From Hormiphora californensis (Eukaryota > Animalia > Ctenophora), in the NCBI GenBank assembly GCA_020137815.1, contig CM035357.1:558001-622000 (forward strand): a DNA stretch of 64,000 nt. The letters are read 5' to 3'. Below, one piece after another: positions 36,928 to 47,688 of this stretch. The position numbers were made by a program, and so were the translations under genes. Each line of letters opens with the position of its first letter. Within the stretch, counting starts at the first letter, position 1. Under the pieces are notes generated by a model, which worked only from the letters and a program-made list of their open reading frames with translations, had not been told where the DNA came from and did not search any database.

Positions 36928-39900
36928 CTACTTATCCACTTTCCAGATTCCAATGGTTCCATCCGCTGACCTAGAGCCGGTCACGACCACCTTATCTCCA
37001 TTTTCCTTTGTCAAAGCAACAATGCACGGTATCAAATCCGAGTGTGCTTGATCAATAGCTACTGTCCACTTTTTGGTAACCAAATCATAAACATGAAGTG
37101 CACACGAACGAGAACTTAGTATTAGCCTGCCACACTTTTCAATTGACGGTGGGTTAATTTCCATCAGCATCATCCCATCATATGCATATGCATCATATGT
37201 AGGTGGTGCGATGGTATAAAAGCTTATTCCGGGTGTAGGTGGCTCAATTGTCTCTAGTACACCCCAATGCTTGATGTAAAGAATCGTTCCTGACCGAGTA
37301 ACTCCGAAAACTGCATCATTAATGTTTCCATTGTGCGAATATGAGATTGGACGCATTGAAGTAAGGGTCGGTAACTGTTCATTTTCATACCATGTAATGA
37401 AACCAGGATACTCCTCAGGAAAAATCGGATCGTCCGGATAAGCAGTATCAAACAAGGGAGCCCATTGTAAAATCTTCCCCTGAATAGATATGCCAACCTT
37501 CCAATCGTCCCAACGAGCCACGCATGACACTGGCTCACCCACATTTGCAGATTTGCATTCTTCCTCAACCGAGTTATACGAAGACCACAAAAGAACCTCA
37601 CCTCCATCAGACACAATAGCAGGATTAGTTAATATTGCAGACATCCCAATTATTCTTTGGCCTTTCATTTTGTTCAATGGAAACGTTTTGTAGCTGTAGT
37701 TGCCAAACTTTCGTCTTCCTCCTCCACTTTCAATTTCATATAAGCTACAAGCTTGTCGGAATTGCAGTGTTACGTATAAATTTCCTATGGTACAGCACGC
37801 ACCAAACAACTCCCATTCCTTTGGGTTTGTTGAAGTCGTCATGAGCTTCAGAGTCCCAATAACTGTGTTATCCTCAACCGAAACTTTATAAATAGTACAA
37901 CTCCTAGTCCCCACATACACATTCCCTCTCGCCCCTGCTACCACAAACACAACAGTCTCTTGTTGATCAGGATCAGGTCTGAATTTGGCCAGAACATGTT
38001 CTGTGGAGGATGGTGGTTGAACAGGCGACTTCCTAAACGCCAGGACCTCAGCATGCCGGACCGCCTGTCTGTAGAAAGAAGATCTCCCAGAGGTTGAATC
38101 GACCTCAACTATCTCACCCTGTTTGGCTTCATAAGCTACTAGGGCTTCATATAGAAGGATATTACCGACCACTTCTTGAATGATGCTCTGGTTTTTGGTT
38201 AGGGTGTACCTACTCAACCCGCATATTACCTCCTCCAGTATAATAACCCAGTGTGTGGCATGTCGGATGTTTACTGCTTCTTTCTGGTCCCCGTTACGAA
38301 GTTTGAATTGTAGACTTGTGGCCGTTTTAAGTTTGAAGTTACTCACCTCTGATAGGGAGATGGAGTCCACGATTTGACCGGTAATCCGGTGTATAAAATA
38401 CAATCGGAACACCGTGCAAACAAGAGTTATGGAGTTCAGTTGGGTGGAATCAGCCGGTTGGGAGATTTTCACAAAACATTCCAACATGTTTGGTTTGTGA
38501 TGCAAATTAAATGGTAGATTCCGCACCAGACTGTCCTTTAGTCCACCCCACAGGGACAGAAAGGACGTCCAATCCTCTCCACTAACTTCACCTCGAGAAT
38601 CCTTGAGAAGATCAAACACTTTCTCCCCCGCTGTGTGGTCTCTTGTCACCCCCATTTCTTTCAGAACCTCAGAGATTGTCAGCCTGTTCCACGTTTTGTT
38701 CAACTCTATATTCGGCATGACAGGTTGGGCAGTAGAAATGGAGTTGAAGAGGGGTGCCCAGACGGGCTGGCCAGCAAACGGCTGATCCCTAATCATGCCT
38801 AACAGATCGGGGTGTTTTCTAAGACGTTCCATCAGTGCAAATACCGAGGGTCCGGGGAAGAATGCTGCTCCTGCTACCTCAAAGATCTTGTTGAGGGTGG
38901 TAAATGCTGACAATACCAACCCATCTTTTAACAGGAGTTGTGACTTGATGTACAGAAGGGATGACAGTGTTGCAGGGTTGTGTTGATGTTCTGTTACTAA
39001 ACAATCAACCGACAGCAGGTTGGGTGAAACAGTTATTGGTGTTCTTTCTAGTCGGGACCTGATAAAACTGTCTGGGCATGCTCGAACCTGTTCCATCGTT
39101 GTGGTTTTCTTCAAGAGTGGTGTTTTGAGCGAATGGGTCAGGGAGGATACCATGATGTTTCCACTCAGTTGGTCGTTAGAAGAGGTGGGACAGGACATTA
39201 ATTCAGGGAAGATTTGATCTCCAATTAACTCGATCAGAATCTTCTGAAAGAAAACTAGAATTTTCAGCTCCGTTCGACGCTTGAACTCTGCCTTTTCACG
39301 TTCATAATCTGCCTGACTTGTAAAGCACTGCCCAATAATACTTATCTCAAAGTCAAGGCTAGATCTCGGAATACACTGTTCAAATTGTGTAACTTTATAC
39401 TCCAGTGTCCTTATCAAACCGTCCGCAGTACACCCCAAATTAACCTCCCCCTCATCAATGTTCACAACCACGATATCACCCCTAGCAGGCATCTCTTCTA
39501 GAATCCCGCTTTCAGCTCCTAAAATGTACTGGCCAACTGGGGCCTCCAGAATCAGGTACAGGGCTTCTGGGAGGGTGGGGAGATAGGTAACTTGCCAATC
39601 AAGGGGCTTGATATATGACAGGAAAGTCTCGATCATTAGGACTCTCAGTGGGTTGTTATCACTTACAAACACTATTTGTTGTTCGGAGATGATACTGGCA
39701 ACAATTTGAAGGATCTGTAGGTGTGTGAAGTAGTAGAAGGGAAGTGTTAGGGGTAGGTCTCCTGTCCCGGGTAGAAGAGGCGGGGTGAGAGTTAAGGAGA
39801 ATTTTGGTATGGGAATCACAATGTTATCCCCGGCAGGTATCACAATGTTTGACAGTGTTTTCAACATGTCCTGTACCTCGAAATCCCAACTACCTTCATC

Positions 39901-40278
39901 AGTTAGGTTGTGTGAAAGCACTTGGAGTAGGTCCGTCATCAATCGAAATCTACGGTAGGCAGAGAAAAGATGGAAATTACATCCGCCGATCTGAAGTATA
40001 AACACATAAACCCGTGACCCATCTTCTGACGTTAGAACACCGTATCCCACAGTGGGGCTCCCACCAGGTTCTATATGTTTCTTCTCCCCGACCAGACAAA
40101 TCTTCTCAACATCCTCTACCATGCTCCATGTTAGAGGAGGTGAAATTAGTGAGTTGTCAATGGTAGGATGTTTGATGATGGTAGAGGCTGAGACTAGGGA
40201 CCGGGTGCCTTCTGATCTGGTGACAAGGCACGTTTCACAGAGTGTTGGGAGGGCAACATGCTGGCTATCATCAGTCAT
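36928..40278 (-). CDS. DENN-domain + C-terminal WD40 protein (DENND3-like), copy 1, one 3.35-kb exon
   Basis: uDENN-like VLTSEDGSRVYVF; cDENN SEQQIVFVS...IKPLDWQVTYLPTLP...LEAP..YILG...DIVVVNID; terminal WD repeat AHSDLIPCI...TGSRSADGTIGIWK. Acceptor ttccag|gatATG just upstream (exon starts 40281). Confidence 0.82.
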   Translation of the reverse strand: MTDDSQHVALPTLCETCLVTRSEGTRSLVSASTIIKHPTIDNSLISPPLTWSMVEDVEKICLVGEKKHIEPGGSPTVGYGVLTSEDGSRVYVFILQIGGCNFHLFSAYRRFRLMTDLLQVLSHNLTDEGSWDFEVQDMLKTLSNIVIPAGDNIVIPIPKFSLTLTPPLLPGTGDLPLTLPFYYFTHLQILQIVASIISEQQIVFVSDNNPLRVLMIETFLSYIKPLDWQVTYLPTLPEALYLILEAPVGQYILGAESGILEEMPARGDIVVVNIDEGEVNLGCTADGLIRTLEYKVTQFEQCIPRSSLDFEISIIGQCFTSQADYEREKAEFKRRTELKILVFFQKILIELIGDQIFPELMSCPTSSNDQLSGNIMVSSLTHSLKTPLLKKTTTMEQVRACPDSFIRSRLERTPITVSPNLLSVDCLVTEHQHNPATLSSLLYIKSQLLLKDGLVLSAFTTLNKIFEVAGAAFFPGPSVFALMERLRKHPDLLGMIRDQPFAGQPVWAPLFNSISTAQPVMPNIELNKTWNRLTISEVLKEMGVTRDHTAGEKVFDLLKDSRGEVSGEDWTSFLSLWGGLKDSLVRNLPFNLHHKPNMLECFVKISQPADSTQLNSITLVCTVFRLYFIHRITGQIVDSISLSEVSNFKLKTATSLQFKLRNGDQKEAVNIRHATHWVIILEEVICGLSRYTLTKNQSIIQEVVGNILLYEALVAYEAKQGEIVEVDSTSGRSSFYRQAVRHAEVLAFRKSPVQPPSSTEHVLAKFRPDPDQQETVVFVVAGARGNVYVGTRSCTIYKVSVEDNTVIGTLKLMTTSTNPKEWELFGACCTIGNLYVTLQFRQACSLYEIESGGGRRKFGNYSYKTFPLNKMKGQRIIGMSAILTNPAIVSDGGEVLLWSSYNSVEEECKSANVGEPVSCVARWDDWKVGISIQGKILQWAPLFDTAYPDDPIFPEEYPGFITWYENEQLPTLTSMRPISYSHNGNINDAVFGVTRSGTILYIKHWGVLETIEPPTPGISFYTIAPPTYDAYAYDGMMLMEINPPSIEKCGRLILSSRSCALHVYDLVTKKWTVAIDQAHSDLIPCIVALTKENGDKVVVTGSRSADGTIGIWKVDK

Positions 40279-41037
40279 ATCCTGGAACAGAAACGAGTTT
40301 AGGGTGCGTTAGACGATCAATTCAAAATGGTGGTCTATCTAGTACTTTTACGTTGATTATTCATTATTTAATGATGTTCTAACTGATGATAATAGATACG
40401 ACTACTAATTTCTCATTAATTAGGGGATAATTATCCCTTCAGTAAATCGATAACAGGCAAATAGTCGCAGTCCTGTCGACATCTACACTTCAAAACTCCG
40501 AATTTTCGGTTTAAAGTGAGAGTGGACCGGATCAGAATTGATCTCAGACAAAAAATTGAGCACCATTTCAAAAATCACCGCTTGGGCTGATACACCTTGG
40601 TATCCTCTACAAATCCCCAAAATTTCAGCCTTCTAGCCCTAAAATTAAATTTTAGGAACCTTAAAAACCGCGATTTAGGGTCCTCTTTTTTCCAACTTTG
40701 AGCCTCAAAGTTTGAGTTTGGTCGCGCACGGTGTCTATGTCACCAACTGTCGTTTTAGTTTCAATAACAACCGTGTCCTGTCCTTTCCATATTTGCGCAC
40801 CGTTTTTCTTCCGCACGTTAGATCTTTTCCCTTGATTTGCCACTCAGTTACACTTGTCCCACGACATACAAACACACTAGCATTGGGGAAAGGTAGAGAA
40901 ATAACCCTAATCCACAATGTGACATAATAATATTTCTCTTAGAGTGGTCATCTGACATAATCCAACGTGGGATTCAACGTGGAATTCGACGTGGAATTCG
41001 ACGAGGAATTCTACCAGATCAGAGAGACGCGCCGCAC

Positions 41038-41918
41038 TGGGGGGAGACACACTGAGGTTGGTCGCGTGCGTTCAACTCTCAACCTCGCGACACACACTGA
41101 AGTTCGAAGTTCGAAGTTTCGCGGAAAAGTTCGAAGTTTCGCGAAAACCCATTTTCGGCTGAGAAATCATTTGTAAGATGCTAGTTTATTTACTGTTACA
41201 TCTCTCAAGGTGTCCTCTATCAATACCGGGTCAATTTCACCGTTTTTAAAATTTTGGGTGAATTGGAACAACTGTGAGGCGGGAGACACACTGAAGTTGG
41301 GCGCGCTCGTTCAAATCTCAACCTTGCGACACACACTGAAGTTCAAAGTTCGAAGTTTCGCGAAAACCCATTTTCGGCTGAGAAATCATTTGTAAGAGGC
41401 TAACTTATTTACTGGTACATCTCTCGAGGTGTCCTTTATCCATACTGAGTCAATTTCACCGTTTTTGAAATCCGGTCATAGTGGTCCTAATTCACCAAAA
41501 ATTATAAAAACGGTGAAATTGACCCGGTATTGAAAAAGGACACCTCGAGAGATGTACCAGTAAATAAACTAGCATCTTACAAATGATTTCTCAGCTGAAA
41601 ATTGGGTTTCGCGAAACTTTGAACTTTTCCGCGAAACTTCGAACTTCGAACTTCAGTGTGTGTCGCGAGGTAGAGAGTTGAGCGCACGCGACCAACCTCA
41701 GTGTGTCTCCCCCCTGACCGGATTAGCCAAAAATTTAAAAACGGTGAAATTGACTCAGTAAGGATAAAGGACACCTCGAGAGATGTACCAGTAAACAAGT
41801 TGCAAAAGATTTCTCAGCCGAAAATGGGTTTTCGCGAAACTTCGAACTTCGAACTTCAGTGTGTGTCGCGATGTTGAGATTTGAACGAGCACGCTCAACT
41901 TCAGTGTGTCTCCCCCCA
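41038..41918. mobile_element. Foldback-like TIR element (ggggagacacactga family)
   Basis: Inverted ends and internal inverted duplications. Related copy at ~52797-54160. Confidence 0.7.
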
Positions 41919-41954
41919 CTAAGCAAATACTGTCACGCTTCAATTATTTTCTCT

Positions 41955-41997
41955 AGTTTCAAACTTTTCAACACTACTTTAAACAAATTAATTTGAG
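41955..41997 (+). other. Spliced-leader-like sequence at the LINE 5' end
   Basis: agtttcaaacttttcaacactactttaaacaaattaatttgag, 42/43 identical to 47591-47633. Resembles the published ctenophore SL as I recall it (unverified). Confidence 0.75.
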
Positions 41998-42146
41998 GTT
42001 CCGTTCAACTACTCCTCGTTAATCTTCTGAGAGCTCTGCTCAATCCATCTCTTTTCTAAAGACAAGACAAGTCTGGTGTTCCTGTCTCCCTCTACATTGA
42101 GCAAGCCTTAGGAGACCTCGTTGAGTCAAATCCGGGAAGCCAAATC

Positions 42147-43490
42147 TTGGTGGAGCGGTCCCTCGCGTCACTGTTACAGGATAGAATGTCGGGTGTGGCA
42201 CCCCAGTATGGAAATGGAATGACACGAACGAAGAAAGATTATGAAGGTGAGTTACTTGGCACGAGTTTCTCTGACAGATGTAAAGGCAGTACAGTGGTGA
42301 AGTGCCTGGAAGAGGGAAGAATGACCCCGCCGGATGGACCTACCAGAGAACACCTATGGAGAATGATTGTTATGTGCTACAACATGCTTCCTGACACATC
42401 TCGGTGTGCAACCCTATCTTCTGAGTCTGGAGTTTCGTTCTCGTGTGATGACCTGAAGGACAGTTTCTCGAAACTGAAGCAAGACCTGATTGATAGCCTC
42501 CCTGGACTTGTAGCCCCAAAAGTGAGTGAAATATTGAAAGTTAGCCAAGAGGAGAATGGAAGTGGTACCAGTCGAAGTATTGATCACCTGGCTAAGAAAC
42601 CATCACCACCAACCCCTGTCAAACGGTATGTAAATATCAAAGACACAAGTGATGAAGGAGTGACCCCTATGTGTGAGGAGAAATGGACCACTGTGGTGAG
42701 ATCGAAAGTGGAGAAGGCGTTGAAGAACATTCCTGTTCTTGATACTTCCGTGAATAGGAAGCACACTCAATTGTTCTTTGAGACTGATGATGATCTGAAG
42801 GAGGCAGAGAAGGCTCTATCACCTTTTCTGGATGTCACTCCGGTAGTTGAGAAACAGAAGAAGAGAGACCCTCGACTGATGATTTCTGATCTTGATCAGG
42901 ATCTATTGAACAAGGATGCGCTGATGGATGCCATCCTTAGTGATAAAAATGAGGGAATTAAGAGGCTACATCAGGCGGGGCAGGCGATCAATGTTGTACA
43001 CGTCAATATCCCAGGGAAGTATGCAGTGATCAAGGTTGCACCCGAAATTCGGACAACGATTGCCAACAACCGAGACAGGATTTTCCTGAAACTACGACAG
43101 CATATTGTGAAGGACAGATTCTATGTGACACAATGCTTCCATTGTCAGCGATATGGACATGTTGCAGGATCCGTTTACTGTCCTAACAAAGATAAGAGTC
43201 CCACCTGTGCATTCTGTTCAGGGGACCATGACACCAGACAGTGTAATGCGAAGAAGGACAATGATCTTGGTAGAATGAAGTGTGTCAACTGTGATGTTGG
43301 AGGTAGCAAAGAGGATAAGAGATATGCGAAATCTCACCCAGCATCAAGCAACTTGTGTCCGCATTATGTGAATGCTAGAGGACGACTCATGGAGAACACA
43401 AGTGGAGTCACAAAGGAGCGAAAAAACTCCTATCTGACGAGGGCGTGGGAAGATCTGAAAGTAAAGAGACGTGGAGGATCGGTACATTAA
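42147..43490 (+). CDS. LINE ORF1 (Gag-like, CCHC zinc knuckles)
   Basis: QCFHCQRYGHVAGSVYC, CAFCSGDHDTRQC, CVNC...HPASSNLC. The first ATG is probably at 42186 (MSGVAPQ). Confidence 0.85.
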   Translation: MVERSLASLLQDRMSGVAPQYGNGMTRTKKDYEGELLGTSFSDRCKGSTVVKCLEEGRMTPPDGPTREHLWRMIVMCYNMLPDTSRCATLSSESGVSFSCDDLKDSFSKLKQDLIDSLPGLVAPKVSEILKVSQEENGSGTSRSIDHLAKKPSPPTPVKRYVNIKDTSDEGVTPMCEEKWTTVVRSKVEKALKNIPVLDTSVNRKHTQLFFETDDDLKEAEKALSPFLDVTPVVEKQKKRDPRLMISDLDQDLLNKDALMDAILSDKNEGIKRLHQAGQAINVVHVNIPGKYAVIKVAPEIRTTIANNRDRIFLKLRQHIVKDRFYVTQCFHCQRYGHVAGSVYCPNKDKSPTCAFCSGDHDTRQCNAKKDNDLGRMKCVNCDVGGSKEDKRYAKSHPASSNLCPHYVNARGRLMENTSGVTKERKNSYLTRAWEDLKVKRRGGSVH

Positions 43491-46400
43491 ATGTACACTC
43501 CATTCAGAATAAAACGTCTGGGGTCATTACACATCTTGAGGATAAGAAATGTGATATCTAACTATATCTAATGCAAATTTGCATGGAAATGTAACACCCT
43601 ATCGTCAATGTGACGACGTGATCCGTCAGTGTGACGACGTGATCCGTCAGTGTGACGATGTGATCCGTCAGTGTGACGACGTGATTCGTAGGTATCACGT
43701 ATCACACGTGTTGAGAACTGCTTGCGACTTGAGGGGTCACATCACATGTATAAAAGGGAGAGAAAGAGAAAAAAAGAGAGGGATCACATCACATAGCAGA
43801 CAGGCAGAGAGAAAAACATAGAAACAGACCCCTCGATTTGCGATCGGTACGATCGCCCCAGTTTTGCTAGTATGTCTAATTCAGGAAACATACCTAAAGA
43901 ATACGGATACAGCTAAACTTCAGGAGATACGAGATTATGGCTGGAATATCTTTTCATCACCAAGAGCGGAGAGAGCGGGAGGAGGAATTGGTATTCTCTA
44001 CCGGGATGGAGTGAAGGTCAGGCTGTCACCTGTTCGAAATTTTCTGTCTTTTCAGATACAGGAGGTTTTAATTGGGGACGGTGCCGATCTCACTCGGTTA
44101 TGTAACATTTACAGACCCCCCTATACGGGTAAAGCTCGGTTTACTGAGGCGAAGTTCCTGGATGAATTCGCGGATTATCTCTCTGAACTGGTGTCAAAAA
44201 CAGGTCTTCCTCTGATCATGGGTGATTTTAATTTCCAGTGGCAGGATGGGAAAAATTTCTACACCAGAAAGCTAGCTGAACTCCTGGACTCTCTGGAATT
44301 TTCTCAGCTTGTTCCTAGGCAGCCTACCCACAATCGTGGAGGTACACTTGATCTAGTGGTTTGCCCGAAGGAAGTGGAGGAAAAAGTCAAATCCTTGGAG
44401 ATTTACCCTGATGGGACTGAATCCGATCATTTCCTAGTCTTGAGTGAGGTTTCCCTGGAAACCAAGCATGGCGACATGCAGGACCGAAATCGTGTCAATA
44501 CCTACAGAGACTTCAAATCAGTGGACCCAGTTTTGTTTACTAAAGCCGTTAGAGGACTGAATCTTGAGGATCGTATGCTGGAGGACTCCCCTGAAGAGAA
44601 CTTTGAGATCTATGAGCGAGAACTAGAGGAATTAGTGGATACTACTGTCCCATTGAGGAGGAGAAAGAAAGTTAAGAAGCTTCGCCCGTGGAGAGACAAT
44701 GAGGAGGTCAGACAGGCACTTAGACTCCGTCGGTGTGCTGAGAGGGCGTGGGAGGGTAATAAAACCCCCATCACGAAGAAGCAGTACAATGCTATGAAGA
44801 AGATGTTTGGAAAAGTTGACAAGGAAGCGAGGATTAACTACGTCAAAGCAGATCTCGAAGAATCTAAAGGGGACTCCAATGGCCTACAGAGGAAACTCAA
44901 CCGACTGCTGGGAAAAAGTGAGGTAGTACTACCTGAAACAGGATGTGATCGTAAACTTGCTGAGGATTTTGCGGACTTCTTTACTGGTAAAGTTGAGAAA
45001 ATCAGAAATTCTGTTACTGCGGAGGAGCATGCTTATGAGGATGTGGAATCTCTTGAGGACTCGGTTAGGAATTGTACGTTCGAGGAATTCAGGGAAGTCT
45101 CTTGTGAGGAGATTAAGAGGATAGTGAAGGATATGGCGGATAAGACGTGTGATCTGGATCTGATACCAACGTGGATGATTAAAGAGTGTATCGAAGTTTT
45201 TGCTCCTCTGTTTACAAGAGTTATTAACTCCTCTCTTCGCAAAGCTGTTGTTCCAGAGACGTTTCAGCAAGCCTTTGTTTTTCCCACCATTAAGAACCCT
45301 AATGGGGATAGGGACAGCCTATCTAACTATCGCCCGGTATCGAACCTACCATTTATCTCAAAAGTTCTTGAGAAGGTGGTACTTGACCAGCTCAACGAGT
45401 TCCTTCAGGAGAATGACTTACTGAACCCTCACCAGTCGGGGTACAGGGTAGGCCATAGTTGCGAGACTCTACTTATGGGAATGTTTGATGACCTTTTACA
45501 GGAAATGGACAAGGGTAATGTTGTTGCCCTTCTTCTTTTGGATATGTCGGCTGCCTTTGACACTGTGGATCATTCTAAGCTTGTGGACGTTCTGAGTAGG
45601 AGGTTTGGAGTAAGAGGAGCAGCCCTTCAGTGGTTTATCAGTTATCTTGGATCGAGGAACTTCAGAGTGAACGTGCGAGGAGAACTATCAAGGATGATTT
45701 ATTTGATATGTGGGGTACCCCAAGGATCCCTCCTTGGTCCAGTCTTGTTTCTTCTCTATGTGGAGGAACTTCAGGATCTGGTGCGTGCATATGGGCTTAA
45801 AATTAAGCTATATGCAGATGACTCACAGATTTATGTGAGTCTGGTTCCCTGTGATGAAGACCAATGGAAAGGAACGAAGAGGAATGTTGAGGAATGTCTT
45901 GATCGCCTCAAGGCATGGATGGTCAAGCACTGGTTGAAATGCAATGAGTCGAAGACGGAACTTCTTATCCTGGGTAAAAGTAGTGCTATCGATAAGCTTA
46001 CTTTTGAACCGTCGGTTAGGTTTGGGGATGTGGATATCGGTCCTATTGACTTCAAGGGTACTTCGGGCAAGACTCTGGGTATTTACATGGATGAAAACTT
46101 GACTTTGGAGCGTCAGGTGAACAGTGTGAGAAAACATTGTGGAATGCTGTTGAAGAATTTATGGCAGGTCAATCGTTGTCTGGACTTCTCCACCAAAGTT
46201 CTCTTGGTGAAGCAGCTTGTTATCTCCCGTCTGGATTATTGTAATATCCTTTATGGAGGTCTTCCAAAGAAGCTCATTGCCCGCCTTCAGAAGGTGCTCA
46301 ATTCCTGTGTTAGGTTCATCTACGGACTTCATGGTCATCAAGATGATTACCTGCCCTACCTGAGGGAGACTCACATTCTCCCTATTGAGCAACGTGTTGT

Positions 46401-46719
46401 CTTCAAATCATGTCTTATGGCCTACAAGATCATACATGGAAGTGCTCCAGACTACCTCTGTGAGCAAATACCTGCGGACAATGTACTGGATGTACCCCGC
46501 CGGACCAGAGCGACTACTGTGCCCGATCTCTTTAAGCTCCGGTACCCCAAACTGTCGAGTGTGAATGCCAGTTCTAAACTGAGGAAGAGGAGACCGTCAG
46601 TTCTCCTACCGGACCTTTGGAATGCCCTCCCCCTCGATCTGAGGTCGTTGACCACTGTGGAATCGTTTAAGACCCGTCTCAAGACAAGACTGTTCGTGGA
46701 ATCCTTTGGGGCTGACTAG
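43421..46719 (+). CDS. LINE ORF2, APE endonuclease + reverse transcriptase (N-terminus disrupted by Helitron 43557-43870)
   Basis: Removing the Helitron restores WRIGTLNVHSIQNK...CDICLIQET. Also GGGIGILY, IYRPP, MGDFN, SDH, NYRPVSNLPFISKVLEK, LLDMSAAFDTVDH, GVPQGSLLGP, YADD. Confidence 0.92.
43557..43870 (+). mobile_element. Non-autonomous Helitron
   Basis: Inserted between A and T with no TSD. Starts TC, ends CTAG, with a hairpin gcgatcg-gta-cgatcgc at 43840-43856. Confidence 0.9.
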
Positions 46720-47589
46720 TTGTGTCTTTCCTCTTTCCAGATTTCCCCTATCGCTATCCTATCACTCGCTGTACTGTCTATCAGGTAAGACGTGTGTTTG
46801 TACTGTGTGTCCCTCGTGACAAGTTTTTCTAGCATATCTTTTTGGGTTTGAAGCACGAGTGTCTGAGTGTGTAATACTATTTTTATTCAGTGTTCAGTTT
46901 CCGCTTTTTCCTGGGCGATGTCTGTGTTGAGGGTGGTGTCAGATTTATCTGAACCTTTTTTGATCTGATAAAGTTTTTTGGAGATGTGTAAAGGTTGTAG
47001 AGGATATTTTTTGAAGCTATATTTTTTGTCTTCTTACCATTTATGTCTGTTATGAATCCGATTGTATTTCTTCCATCTTATGAGAGCAGGTTAATTTGGT
47101 TTTTACCACCGTTTTTGAATCTAATTTTGGTTGAGTGTGTGAGTAAACTGCTCTGATTATCCCTCAGTGGCAGTATTAGCTATACTATGCTGTCCCTGGG
47201 GGATCTGGGCAGGATACAAGTCTAGATATTATTATTATTATTAGTTAGTCTTTACCATTTACATCTCTCTCACTACGAATGCGTGGCACATCCCACGTCG
47301 AATTTCTCGTCGAATTTCACGTCGAGATATGGCAATTATGTCGGATGACCACAGTTACATAATCGATTTATAATACAAATCAGTTTTATCATCAGGAGCC
47401 GTGAACATAATCGTGAACCCAGCATTATTGTCAGTTTCCGGTTTCCCATTTCTGTACTAATTTCTGTACTACTTATCCACTTTCCAGACTCCAATGGTTC
47501 CATCCGCTGACCTAGAGCCAGTAAGCCGGTAACGACTTGGTGATATAGACACCGTGCGCGACCAAGATTGAGCACCAGGTGTCTATATC

Positions 47590-47633
47590 GAGTTTCAAAC
47601 TTTTCAACACTACTTTAAACAAAATAATTTGAG
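47590..47633 (+). other. Spliced-leader-like sequence at the 5' end of the ORF1-only insert
   Basis: gagtttcaaacttttcaacactactttaaacaaaataatttgag begins exactly at the insertion boundary. Confidence 0.75.
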
Positions 47634-47688
47634 CAGGTTGATATGGTGATGTGACCGCCCCAAAGGGCAGAAAAGTGAAACGCTGATA

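Larger units (their letters stand above)
41955..47243 (+). mobile_element. Full-length CR1/L2-group LINE (ORF1 + APE-RT ORF2), interrupted by a Helitron
   Basis: ORF1 42147-43490, ORF2 ~43421-46719, 3' UTR and an (ATT)n tail at ~47227-47242. Confidence 0.92.
40942..47354. mobile_element. PIF/Harbinger-type MITE (TTA TSD) expanded by nested insertions
   Basis: Ends gagtggtcatctgacataat / reverse complement ctgtggtcatccgacataat, with TTA at 40939-40941 and 47355-47357. It splits a copy of the DENN 3' UTR that is contiguous at ~36820. Confidence 0.75.

Noticed and set aside
41955-42100. SL RNA gene
   Set aside because: Although GT follows the leader here, there is no GTAAG-like donor or evident Sm site, the second copy is followed by different sequence, and both lead directly into element ORFs.
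40718-47565. 29-bp inverted repeats bracketing a DENN gene fragment (Pack-TE hypothesis)
   Set aside because: The right repeat is the left end of a separate element 47537-48887 with its own 9-bp TSD, and the DENN remnant continues beyond it at 48897.
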